Assembly: GCA_964057225.1 (NCBI GenBank)
Contig: OZ059899.1
Coordinates: 20,398,001-20,462,000 of the forward strand
Reading direction: 5' to 3'
DNA: 64,000 nt
Origin: Auanema rhodensis
Taxonomy: Eukaryota > Animalia > Nematoda
Shown here: positions 1 to 13,659 of the stretch, piece after piece
Layout of the letters: each line of letters starts with the position of its first letter
Position numbering within the stretch: position 1 is the stretch's first letter
The notes under the pieces: model-generated
Told to the model about the DNA's origin: nothing
What the model saw: the letters and a program-made list of their open reading frames with translations, nothing else
Database searches by the model: none
Translations under genes and position numbers: made by a program

Positions 1-3000
1 CTAATACATCATTTTTTAAACGATCATAACTAATTTTTGTATTGAGGGTTTCTCAATGTAGTATAGTGCATTCGATGCGGATTTTTAAGCTGCGTCGATC
101 TATGTTATCAGATTTGCGCTAGCTTAAAAATGCACCGAGATATCAACTGATATAAGTTCACACTTATATCCTCGATTTTCAACCTGAAGAATTAATTTCT
201 TCGTTGAATAACAATGTCCATCGTCTTCGCCTTAAAAAAAAAATCTAAAAACATCTACTTTTTGTGAAATTATTTTGAAATTTTTAGGGAAAATTTTTGT
301 CAAAAAGTTTTTGGAAGCAATGTTGAGTGTACATGGAAACTCAACATACACTAATGCATCATTTTTCAAACGATCATAACTAATTTTCGTATTAAGCGTT
401 TCTCAATGTAGTATAGTGCATTCGATGCGGATTTTTAAGCTGCGTCGATCTGTGTTATCAGATTTGCGCTAGCTTAAAAATGCACCGAGATATCAACTGA
501 AATAAGTTAACACATATATCCTCGATTTTCACCCTGAAGAATTAATTTTTTTGTTGAATAACATTGTCCATCGTCTTCGCCTTAAAAAAAAAATCTAAAA
601 ACATCTATTTTTTGTGAAATTATTTTGAAATTTTTAGGGAAAATTTTTGTCAAAATGTTTTTGGAAGCAATGTTGAGTGTACATGGAAACTCAACATACA
701 CTAATGCATCATTTTTCAAACGATCATAACTAATTTTTGTATTGAGCGTTTCTCAATGTAGTATAGTGCATTCGATGCGGATTTTTAAGCTGCGTCGATC
801 TATGTTATCAGATTTGCGCTATCTTAAAAATGCACCGAGATATCAACTGATATAAGTTCACACTTATATCCTCGATTTTCAACCTGAAGAATTAATTTCT
901 TCGTTGAATAACAATGTCCATCGTCTTCGCCTTAAAAAAAAATCTAAAAACATCTACTTTTTGTGAAATTATTTTGAAATTTTCAGAGAAAATTTTTTGT
1001 CAAAATGTTTTTGGAAGCAATGTTGAGTGTACATGGAAACTCAACATACACTAATGCATCTTTTTTCAAACGATCATAACTAATTTTTGTATTAAGCGTT
1101 TCTCAATGTAGTATAGTGCATTCGATGCGGATTTTTAAGCTGCGTCGATCTATGTTATCAGATTTGCGCTAGCTTAAAAATGCACCGAGATATCAACTGA
1201 TATAAGTTCACACTTATATCCTCGATTTTCACCCTGAAAAATTGATTTTTTCGTTGAATAACATTGTCCATCGTCTTTGCCTTGAAAAAAGGAATCTAAA
1301 AACATCTACTTTTTGTGAAATTATTTTGAAATTTTCAGAGAAAATTTTTTGTCAAAATGTTTTTGGAAGCAATGTTGAGTGTACATGGAAACTCAACATA
1401 CACTAATGCATCATTTTTCAAACGATCATAACTAATTTTTGTATTGAGGGTTTCTCAATGTAGTATAGTGCATTCGATGCGGATTTTTAAGCTGCGTAGA
1501 TCTGTGTTATCAGATTTGCGCTAGCTTAAAAATGCACCGAGATATCAACTGATATAAGTTTACACTTATATCCTCGATTTTCACCCTGGAGAATTAATTT
1601 TTTCGTTGAATAACAATGTCCATCGTCTTCGCCTTAAAAAAAAATCTGAAAACATCTACTTTTTGTGAAATTATTTTGAAATTTTTAGGGAAAATTTTTG
1701 TCAAAATGTTTTTGGAAGCAATGTTGAGTGTACATGGAAACTCAACATACACTAATACATCATTTTTTAAACGATCATAACTAATTTTTGTATTGAGGGT
1801 TTCTCAATGTAGTATAGTGCATTCGATGCGGATTTTTAAGCTGCGTCGATCTATGTTATCAGATTTGCGCTAGCTTAAAAATGCACCGAGATATCAACTG
1901 ATATAAGTTCACACTTATATCCTCGATTTTCAACCTGAAGAATTAATTTCTTCGTTGAATAACAATGTCCATCGTCTTCGCCTTAAAAAAAAAATCTAAA
2001 AACATCTACTTTTTGTGAAATTATTTTGAAATTTTTAGGGAAAATTTTTGTCAAAAAGTTTTTGGAAGCAATGTTGAGTGTACATGGAAACTCAACATAC
2101 ACTAATGCATCATTTTTCAAACGATCATAACTAATTTTCGTATTAAGCGTTTCTCAATGTAGTATAGTGCATTCGATGCGGATTTTTAAGCTGCGTCGAT
2201 CTGTGTTATCAGATTTGCGCTAGCTTAAAAATGCACCGAGATATCAACTGAAATAAGTTAACACATATATCCTCGATTTTCACCCTGAAGAATTAATTTT
2301 TTTGTTGAATAACATTGTCCATCGTCTTCGCCTTAAAAAAAAAATCTAAAAACATCTATTTTTTGTGAAATTATTTTGAAATTTTTAGGGAAAATTTTTG
2401 TCAAAATGTTTTTGGAAGCAATGTTGAGTGTACATGGAAACTCAACATACACTAATGCATCATTTTTCAAACGATCATAACTAATTTTTGTATTGAGCGT
2501 TTCTCAATGTAGTATAGTGCATTCGATGCGGATTTTTAAGCTGCGTCGATCTATGTTATCAGATTTGCGCTATCTTAAAAATGCACCGAGATATCAACTG
2601 ATATAAGTTCACACTTATATCCTCGATTTTCAACCTGAAGAATTAATTTCTTCGTTGAATAACAATGTCCATCGTCTTCGCCTTAAAAAAAAATCTAAAA
2701 ACATCTACTTTTTGTGAAATTATTTTGAAATTTTCAGAGAAAATTTTTTGTCAAAATGTTTTTGGAAGCAATGTTGAGTGTACATGGAAACTCAACATAC
2801 ACTAATGCATCTTTTTTCAAACGATCATAACTAATTTTTGTATTAAGCGTTTCTCAATGTAGTATAGTGCATTCGATGCGGATTTTTAAGCTGCGTCGAT
2901 CTATGTTATCAGATTTGCGCTAGCTTAAAAATGCACCGAGATATCAACTGATATAAGTTCACACTTATATCCTCGATTTTCACCCTGAAAAATTGATTTT

Positions 3001-3030
3001 TTCGTTGAATAACATTGTCCATCGTCTTTG
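1..3030. repeat. 5-monomer (1751-bp) tandem duplication within array 1, second copy partial
   Basis: The variant pattern at 1-~1280 (TACATC/GAGGG unit, AAATAAGTTAACACAT unit, CAGAGAAAATTTTTT unit) recurs from 1752. Confidence 0.85.
422..488. other. Long imperfect inverted repeat present in each 351-bp monomer (example copy)
   Basis: TCGATGCGG-ATTTTTAAGCT-GCG-TCG-ATCTG-TGTTAT-CAGAT-TTG-CGC-T-AGCTTAAAAAT-GCACCGA. It has an 11-bp perfect arm pair (431-441/471-481) and inner ATCTG/CAGAT and GCG/CGC pairs. Confidence 0.85.
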
Positions 3031-6000
3031 CCTTGAAAAAAAATCTAAAAACATCTACTTTTTGTGAAATTATTTTGAAATTTTCAGAGAAAATTTTTTG
3101 TCAAAATGTTTTTGGAAGCAATGTTGAGTGTACATGGAAACTCAACATACACTAATGCATCTTTTTTCAAACGATCATAACTAATTTTTGTATTGAGCGT
3201 TTCTCAATGTAGTATAGTGCATTCGATGCGGATTTTTAAGCTGCGTCGATCTATGTTATCAGATTTGCGCTATCTTTAAAATGCACCGATATATCAACTG
3301 ATATAAGTTCACACTTATATCCTCGATTTTCAACCTGAAGAATTAATTTCTTCGTTGAATAACAATGTCCATCGTCTTCGCCTTAAAAAAAAATCTAAAA
3401 ACATCTACTTTTTGTGAAATTATTTTGAAATTTTCAGAGAAAATTTTTTGTCAAAATGTTTTTGGAAGCAATGTTGAGTGTACATGGAAACTCAACATAC
3501 ACTAATGCATCATTTTTCAAACGATCATAACTAATTTTTGTATTGAGCGTTTCTCAATGTAGTATAGTTCATTCGATGCGGATTTTTAAGCTGCGTCGAT
3601 CTATGTTATCAGATTTGCGCTATCTTTAAAATGCACCGATATATCAACTGATATAAGTTCACACTTATATCCTCGATTTTCACCCTGAAGAATTAATTTT
3701 TTTGTTGAATAACAATGTCCATCGTCTTCGCCTTAAAAAAAAAATCTAAAAACATCTATTTTTTGTGAAATTATTTTGAAATTTTTAGGGAAAATTTTTG
3801 TCAAAAAGTTTTTGGAAGCAATGTTGAGTGTACATGGAAACTCAACATACACTAATGCATCATTTTTCAAACGATCATAACTAATTTTTGTATTGAGCGT
3901 TTCTCAATGTAGTATAGTGCATTCGATGCGGATTTTTAAGCTGCGTCGATCTATGTTATCAGATTTGCGCTATCTTAAAAATGCACCGAGATATCAACTG
4001 ATATATGTTCACACTTATATCCTCGATTTTCAACCTGAAGAATTAATTTCTTCGTTGAATAACAATGTCCATCGTCTTCGCCTTAAAAAAAAAATCTAAA
4101 AACATCTACTTTTTGTGAAATTATTTTGAAATTTTTAGGGAAAATTTTTGTCAAAAAGTTTTTGGAAGCAATGTTGAGTGTACATGGAAACTCAACATAC
4201 ACTAATGCATCATTTTTCAAACGATCATAACTAATTTTTGTATTGAGCGTTTCTCAATGTAGTATAGTGCATTCGATGCGGATTTTTAAGCTGCGTCGAT
4301 CCATGTTATCAGATTTGCGCTATCTTAAAAATGCACCGAGATATCAACTGATATAAGTTCACACTTATATCCTCGATTTTCACCCTGAAGAATTAATTTT
4401 TTCGTTGAATAACATTGTCCATCGTCTTCACCTTGAAAAAATGAATCTAAAAACATCTACTTTTTGTGAAATTATTTTGAAATTTTCAGGGAAAATTTTT
4501 GTCAAAATGTTTTTGGAAGCAATGTTGAGTGTACATGGAAACTCAACATACACTAATGCATCATTTTTCAAACGATCATAACTAATTTTTGTATTGAGCG
4601 TTTCTCAATGTAGTATAGTGCATTCGATGCGGATTTTTAAGCTGCGTCGATCTATGTTATCAGATTTGCGCTAGCTTAAAAATGCACCGAGATATCAACT
4701 GATATAAGTTCACACTTATATCCTCGATTTTCAACCTGAAGAATTAATTTCTTCGTTGAATAACAATGTCCATCGTCTTCGCCTTAAAAAAAAAATCTAA
4801 AAACATCTACTTTTTGTGAAATTATTCTGAAATTTTTAGGGAAAATTTTTGTCAAAAAGTTTTTGGAAGCAATGTTGAGTGTACATATAAACTCAACATA
4901 CACTAATGCATCATTTTTCAAACGATCATAACTAATTTTCGTATTAAGCGTTTCTCAATGTAGTATAGTGCATTCGATGCGGATTTTTAAGCTGCGTCGA
5001 TCTATGTTATCAGATTTGCGCTATCTTTAAAATGCACCGATATATCAACTGATATAAGTTCACACTTATATCCTCGATTTTCACCCTGAAGAATTAATTT
5101 TTTCGTTGAATAACATTGTCCATCGTCTTCACCTTGAAAAAAGGAATCTAAAAACATCTACTTTTTGTGAAATTATTTTGAAATTTTCAGGGAAAATTTT
5201 TGTCAAAATGTTTTTGGAAGCAATGTTGAGTGTACATGGAAACTCAACATACACTAATGCATCATTTTTCAAACGATCATAACTAATTTTTGTATCGAGC
5301 GTTTCTCAATGTAGTATAGTGCATTCGATGCGGATTTTTAAGCTGCGTCGATCTATGTTATCAGATTTGCGCTATCTTAAAAATGCACCGAGATATCAAC
5401 TGATATAAGTTCACACTTATATCCTCGATTTTCAACCTGAAGAATTAATTTCTTCGTTGAATAACAATGTCCATCGTCTTCGCCTTAAAAAAAAATCTAA
5501 AAACATCTACTTTTTGTGAAATTATTTTGAAATTTTTAGGGAAAATTTTTGTCAAAAAGATTTGGAAGCAATGTTGAGTGTACATGGAAACTCAACATAC
5601 ACTAATGCATCATTTTTCAAACGATCATAACTAATTTTTGTATTGAGCGTTTCTCAATGTAGTATAGTGCATTCGATGCGGATTTTTAAGCTGCGTCGAT
5701 CTATGTTATCAGATTTGCGCTAGCTTAAAAATGCACCGAGATATCAACTGATATAAGTTCACACTTATATCCTCGATTTTCAACCTGAAGAATTAATTTC
5801 TTCGTTGAATAACAATGTCCATCGTCTTCGCCTTAAAAAAAAAATCTAAAAACATCTACTTTTTGTGAAATTATTCTGAAATTTTTAGGGAAAATTTTTG
5901 TCAAAAAGTTTTTGGAAGCAATGTTGAGTGTACATATAAACTCAACATACACTAATGCATCATTTTTCAAACGATCATAACTAATTTTCGTATTAAGCGT

Positions 6001-9000
6001 TTCTCAATGTAGTATAGTGCATTCGATGCGGATTTTTAAGCTGCGTCGATCTATGTTATCAGATTTGCGCTATCTTTAAAATGCACCGATATATCAACTG
6101 ATATAAGTTCACACTTATATCCTCGATTTTCACCCTGAAGAATTACTTTTTTTGTTGAATAACCTTGTCCATCGTCTTCACCTTGAAAAAAGGAATCTAA
6201 AAACATCTACTTTTTGTAAAATTATTTTGAAATTTTTAGGGAAAATTTTTGTCAAAAAGTTTTTGGAAGCAATGTTGAGTGTACATGGAAACTCAACATA
6301 CACTAATGCATCATTTTTCAAACGATCATAACTAATTTTTGTATTGAGCGTTTCTCAATGTAGTATAGTGCATTCGATGCGGATTTTTAAGCTGCGTCGA
6401 TCTATGTTATCAGATTTGCGCTAGCTTAAAAATGCACCGAGATATCAACTGATATAAGTTCACACTTATATCCTCGATTTTCAACCTGAAGAATTAATTT
6501 CTTCGTTGAATAACAATGTCCATCGTCTTCGCCTTAAAAAAAAAATCTAAAAACATCTACTTTTTGTGAAATTATTCTGAAATTTTTAGGGAAAATTTTT
6601 GTCAAAAAGTTTTTGGAAGCAATGTTGAGTGTACATATAAACTCAACATACACTAATGCATCATTTTTCAAACGATCATAACTAATTTTCGTATTAAGCG
6701 TTTCTCAATGTAGTATAGTGCATTCGATGCGGATTTTTAAGCTGCGTCGATCTATGTTATCAGATTTGCGCTATCTTTAAAATGCACCGATATATCAACT
6801 GATATAAGTTCACACTTATATCCTCGATTTTCACCCTGAAGAATTAATTTTTTTGTTGAATAACCTTGTCCATCGTCTTCACCTTGAAAAAAGGAATCTA
6901 AAAACATCTACTTTTTGTAAAATTATTTTGAAATTTTTAGGGAAAATTTTTGTCAAAATGTTTTTGGAAGCAATGTTGAGTGTACATGGAAACTCAACAT
7001 ACACTAATGCATCATTTTTCAAACGATCATAACTAATTTTCGTATTAAGCGTTTCTCAATGTAGTATAGTGCATTCGATGCGGATTTTTAAGCTGCGTCG
7101 ATCTGTGTTATCAGATTTGCGCTAGCTTAAAAATGCACCGAGATATCAACTGAAATAAGTTAACACATATATCCTCGATTTTCACCCTGAAGAATTAATT
7201 TTTTTGTTGAATAACATTGTCCATCGTCTTCGCCTTGAAAAAAGGAATCTAAAAACATCTACTTTTTGTGAAATTATTTTGAAATTTTTAGGGAAAACTT
7301 TTGTCAAAATGTTTTTGGAAGCAATGTTGAGTGTACATGGAAACTCAACATACACTAATACATCATTTTTTAAACGATCATAACTAATTTTTGTATTGAG
7401 GGTTTCTCAATGTAGTATAGTGCATTCGATGCGGATTTTTAAGCTGCGTCGATCTTTGTTATCAGATTTGCGCTATCTTTAAAATGCACCGAGATATCAA
7501 CTGATATAAGTTCACACTTATATCCTCGATTTTCACCCTGAAAAATTAATTTCTTCGTTGAATAACATTGTCCATCGTCTTCGCCTTAAAAAAAAAATCT
7601 AAAAACATCTACTTTTTGTGAAATTATTTTGAAATTTTTAGGGAAAATTTTTGTCAAAATGTTTTTGGAAGCAATGTTGAGTGTACATGGAAACTCAACA
7701 TACACTAATGCATCATTTTTCAAACGATCATAACTAATTTTTGTATTAAGCGTTTTTCAATGTAGTATAGTGCATTCGATGCGGATTTTTAAGCTGCGTC
7801 GATCTATGTTATCAGATTTGCGCTATCTTAAAAATGCACCGAGATATCAACTGATATATGTTCACACTTATATCCTCGATTTTCAACCTGAAGAATTAAT
7901 TTCTTCGTTGAATAACAATGTCCATCGTCTTCGCCTTAAAAAAAAAATCTAAAAACATCTACTTTTTGTGAAATTATTTTGAAATTTTTAGGGAAAATTT
8001 TTGTCAAAAAGTTTTTGGAAGCAATGTTGAGTGTACATGGAAACTCAACATACACTAATGCATCATTTTCCAAACGATCATAACTAATTTTTGTATTGAG
8101 CGTTTCTCAATGTAGTATAGTGCATTCGATGCGGATTTTTAAGCTGCGTCGATCCATGTTATCAGATTTGCGCTATCTTAAAAATGCACCGAGATATCAA
8201 CTGATATAAGTTCACACTTATATCCTCGATTTTCAACCTGAAGAATTAATTTCTTCGTTGAATAACATTGTCCATCGTCTTCACCTTGAAAAAAGGAATC
8301 TAAAAACATCTACTTTTTGTGAAATTATTTTGAAATTTTCAGGGAAAATTTTTGTCAAAATGTTTTTGGAAGCAATGTTGAAACTCAACATACACTAATA
8401 CATCATTTTTTAAACGATCATAACTAATTTTTGTATTGAGCGTTTCTCAATGTAGTATAGTGCATTCGATGCGGATTTTTAAGCTGCGTCGATCTATGTT
8501 ATCAGATTTGCGCTATCTTAAAAATGCACCGAGATATCAACTGATATAAGTTCACACTTATATCCTCGATTTTCAACCTGAAGAATTAATTTCTTCGTTG
8601 AATAACATTGTCCATCGTCTTCACCTTGAAAAAAGGAATCTAAAAACATCTACTTTTTGTGAAATTATTTTGAAATTTTCAGGGAAAATTTTTGTCAAAA
8701 TGTTTTTGGAAGCAATGTTGAAACTCAACATACACTAATACATCATTTTTTAAACGATCATAACTAATTTTTGTATTGAGCGTTTCTCAATGTAGTATAG
8801 TGCATTCGATGCGGATTTTTAAGCTGCGTCGATCTATGTTATCAGATTTGCGCTATCTTAAAAATGCACCGAGATATCAACTGATATAAGTTCACACTTA
8901 TATCCTCGATTTTCAACCTGAAGAATTAATTTCTTCGTTGAATAACAATGTCCATCGTCTTCGCCTTAAAAAAAAAATCTAAAAACATCTACTTTTTGTG

Positions 9001-12000
9001 AAATTATTTTGAAATTTTTAGGGAAAATTTTTGTCAAAAAGTTTTTGGAAGCAATGTTGAGTGTACATATAAACTCAACATACACTAATGCATCATTTTT
9101 CAAACGATCATAACTAATTTTCGTATTAAGCGTTTCTCAATGTAGTATAGTGCATTCGATGCGGATTTTTAAGCTGCGTCGATCTATGTTATCAGATTTG
9201 CGCTATCTTTAAAATGCACCGATATATCAACTGATATAAGTTCACACTTATATCCTCGATTTTCACCCTGAAGAATTAATTTTTTTGTTGAATAACCTTG
9301 TCCATCGTCTTCACCTTGAAAAAAGGAATCTAAAAACATCTACTTTTTGTAAAATTATTTTGAAATTTTTAGGGAAAATTTTTGTCAAAATGTTTTTGGA
9401 AGCAATGTTGAGTGTACATGGAAACTCAACATACACTAATGCATCATTTTTCAAACAATCATAACTAATTTTCGTATTAAGCGTTTCTCAATGTAGTATA
9501 GTGCATTCGATGCGGATTTTTAAGCTGCGTCGATCTGTGTTATCAGATTTGCGCTAGCTTAAAAATGCACCGAGATATCAACTGAAATAAGTTAACACAT
9601 ATATCCTCGATTTTCACCCTGAAGAATTAATTTTTTTGTTGAATAACATTGTCCATCGTCTTCGCCTTGAAAAAAGGAATCTAAAAACATCTACTTTTTG
9701 TGAAATTATTTTGAAATTTTTAGGGAAAATTTTTGTCAAAATGTTTTTGGAAGCAATGTTGAGTGTACATGGAAACTCAACATACACTAATGCATCTTTT
9801 TTCAAACGATCATAACTAATTTTTGTATTGAGCGTTTCTCAATGTAGTATAGTGCATTCGATGCGGATTTTTAAGCTGCGTCGATCTATGTTATCAGATT
9901 TGCGCTATCTTAAAAATGCACCGAGATATCAACTGATATAAGTTCACACTTATATCCTCGATTTTCACCCTGAAGAATTAATTTTTTTGTTGAATAACCT
10001 TGTCCATCGTCTTCACCTTGAAAAAAGGAATCTAAAAACATCTACTTTTTGTAAAATTATTTTGAAATTTTTAGGGAAAATTTTTGTCAAATTGTTTTTG
10101 GAAGCAATGTTGAGTGTACATGGAAACTCAACATACACTAATGCATCTTTTTTCAAACGATCATAACTAATTTTTGTATTAAGCGTTTCTCAATGTAGTA
10201 TAGTGCATTCGATGCGGATTTTTAAGCTGCGTCGATCTATGTTATCAGATTTGCGCTAGCTTAAAAATGCACCGAGATATCAACTGATATAAGTTCACAC
10301 TTATATCCTCGATTTTCACCCTGAAAAATTGATTTTTTCGTTGAATAACATTGTCCATCGTCTTTGCCTTGAAAAAAGGAATCTAAAAACATCTACTTTT
10401 TGTGAAATTATTTTGAAATTTTCAGAGAAAATTTTTTGTCAAAATGTTTTTGGAAGCAATGTTGAGTGTACATGGAAACTCAACATACACTAATGCATCA
10501 TTTTTCAAACGATCATAACTAATTTTTGTATTGAGCGTTTCTCAATGTAGTATAGTGCATTCGATGCGGATTTTTAAGCTGCGTCGATCTGTGTTATCAG
10601 ATTTGCGCTATCTTAAAAATGCACCGAGATATCAACTGATATAAGTTCACACTTATATCCTCGATTTTCACCCTGAAGAATTAATTTTTTTGTTGAATAA
10701 CCTTGTCCATCGTCTTCACCTTGAAAAAAGGAATCTAAAAACATCTACTTTTTGTAAAATTATTTTGAAATTTTTAGGGAAAATTTTTGTCAAATTGTTT
10801 TTGGAAGCAATGTTGAGTGTACATGGAAACTCAACATACACTAATGCATCTTTTTTCAAACGATCATAACTAATTTTTGTATTAAGCGTTTCTCAATGTA
10901 GTATAGTGCATTCGATGCGGATTTTTAAGCTGCGTCGATCTATGTTATCAGATTTGCGCTAGCTTAAAAATGCACCGAGATATCAACTGATATAAGTTCA
11001 CACTTATATCCTCGATTTTCACCCTGAAAAATTGATTTTTTCGTTGAATAACATTGTCCATCGTCTTTGCCTTGAAAAAAGGAATCTAAAAACATCTACT
11101 TTTTGTGAAATTATTTTGAAATTTTCAGAGAAAATTTTTTGTCAAAATGTTTTTGGAAGCAATGTTGAGTGTACATGGAAACTCAACATACACTAATGCA
11201 TCATTTTTCAAACGATCATAACTAATTTTTGTATTGAGGGTTTCTCAATGTAGTATAGTGCATTCGATGCGGATTTTTAAGCTGCGTAGATCTGTGTTAT
11301 CAGATTTGCGCTAGCTTAAAAATGCACCGAGATATCAACTGATATAAGTTTACACTTATATCCTCGATTTTCACCCTGGAGAATTAATTTTTTCGTTGAA
11401 TAACAATGTCCATCGTCTTCGCCTTAAAAAAAAATCTGAAAACATCTACTTTTTGTGAAATTATTTTGAAATTTTTAGGGAAAATTTTTGTCAAAATGTT
11501 TTTGGAAGCAATGTTGAGTGTACATGGAAACTCAACATACACTAATACATCATTTTTTAAACGATCATAACTAATTTTTGTATTGAGGGTTTCTCAATGT
11601 AGTATAGTGCATTCGATGCGGATTTTTAAGCTGCGTAGATCTGTGTTATCAGATTTGCGCTAGCTTAAAAATGCACCGAGATATCAACTGATATAAGTTC
11701 ACACTTATATCCTCGATTTTCAACCTGAAGAATTAATTTCTTCGTTGAATAACAATGTCCATCGTCTTCGCCTTAAAAAAAAAATCTAAAAACATCTACT
11801 TTTTGTGAAATTATTTTGAAATTTTTAGGGAAAATTTTTGTCAAAAAGTTTTTGGAAGCAATGTTGAGTGTACATGGAAACTCAACATACACTAATGCAT
11901 CATTTTTCAAACGATCATAACTAATTTTCGTATTAAGCGTTTCTCAATGTAGTATAGTGCATTCGATGCGGATTTTTAAGCTGCGTCGATCTGTGTTATC

Positions 12001-13659
12001 AGATTTGCGCTAGCTTAAAAATGCACCGAGATATCAACTGAAATAAGTTAACACATATATCCTCGATTTTCACCCTGAAGAATTAATTTTTTTGTTGAAT
12101 AACATTGTCCATCGTCTTCGCCTTGAAAAAAGGAATCTAAAAACATCTACTTTTTGTGAAATTATTTTGAAATTTTTAGGGAAAATTTTTGTCAAAATGT
12201 TTTTGGAAGCAATGTTGAGTGTACATGGAAACTCAACATACACTAATGCATCATTTTTCAAACGATCATAACTAATTTTCGTATTAAGCGTTTCTCAATG
12301 TAGTATAGTGCATTCGATGCGGATTTTTAAGCTGCGTCGATCTGTGTTATCAGATTTGCGCTAGCTTAAAAATGCACCGAGATATCAACTGAAATAAGTT
12401 AACACATATATCCTCGATTTTCACCCTGAAGAATTAATTTTTTTGTTGAATAACATTGTCCATCGTCTTCGCCTTGAAAAAAGGAATCTAAAAACATCTA
12501 CTTTTTGTGAAATTATTTTGAAATTTTTAGGGAAAATTTTTGTCAAAATGTTTTTGGAAGCAATGTTGAGTGTACATGGAAACTCAACATACACTAATGC
12601 ATCATTTTTCAAACGATCATAACTAATTTTCGTATTAAGCGTTTCTCAATGTAGTATAGTGCATTCGATGCGGATTTTTAAGCTGCGTCGATCTATGTTA
12701 TCAGATTTGTGCTATCTTTAAAATGCACCGATATATCAACTGATATAAGTTCACACTTATATCCTCGATTTTCACCCTGAAGAATTAATTTTTTTGTTGA
12801 ATAACCTTGTCCATCGTCTTCACCTTGAAAAAAGGAATCTAAAAACATCTACTTTTTGTAAAATTATTTTGAAATTTTTAGGGAAAATTTTTGTCAAAAT
12901 GTTTTTGGAAGCAATGTTGAGTGTACATGGAAACTCAACATACACTAATGCATCATTTTTCAAACGATCATAACTAATTTTCGTATTAAGCGTTTCTCAA
13001 TGTAGTATAGTGCATTCGATGCGGATTTTTAAGCTGCGTCGATCTGTGTTATCACATTTGCGCTAGCTTAAAAATGCACCGAGATATCAACTGAAATAAG
13101 TTAACACATATATCCTCGATTTTCACCCTGAAGAATTAATTTTTTTGTTGAATAACATTGTCCATCGTCTTCGCCTTGAAAAAAGGAATCTAAAAACATC
13201 TACTTTTTGTGAAATTATTTTGAAATTTTTAGGGAAAATTTTTGTCAAAATGTTTTTGGAAGCAATGTTGAGTGTACATGGAAACTCAACATACACTAAT
13301 ACATCATTTTTTAAACGATCATAACTAATTTTTGTATTGAGGGTTTCTCAATGTAGTATAGTGCATTCGATGCGGATTTTTAAGCTGCGTCGATCTGTAT
13401 TATCAGATTTGCGCTATCTTTAAAATGCACCGAGATATCAACTGATATATGTTCACACTTATATCCTCGATTTTCACCCTGAAAAATTAATTTCTTCGTT
13501 GAATAACATTGTCCATCGTCTTCGCCTTAAAAAAAAAATCTGAAAACATCTACTTTTTGTAAAATTATTTTGAAATTTTTAGGGAAAATTTTTGTCAAAA
13601 TGTTTTTGGAAGCAATGTTGAGTGTACATGGAAACTCAACATACACTAATACATCTTTT

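Noticed and set aside
199-215. CENP-B box-like CTTCGTTGAA
   Set aside because: It matches only the TTCG....A half of NTTCGNNNNANNCGGGN. The CGGG is missing and TTCG is often mutated to TTTG.
1-351. 351-mer as a diverged dimer of ~175-bp halves
   Set aside because: I could not align the two halves by eye; they differ in composition and structure.
3893-7952. 60-68 aa plus-strand ORFs at 3893 and 7770
   Set aside because: They arise from chance loss of two stop codons in individual monomers.
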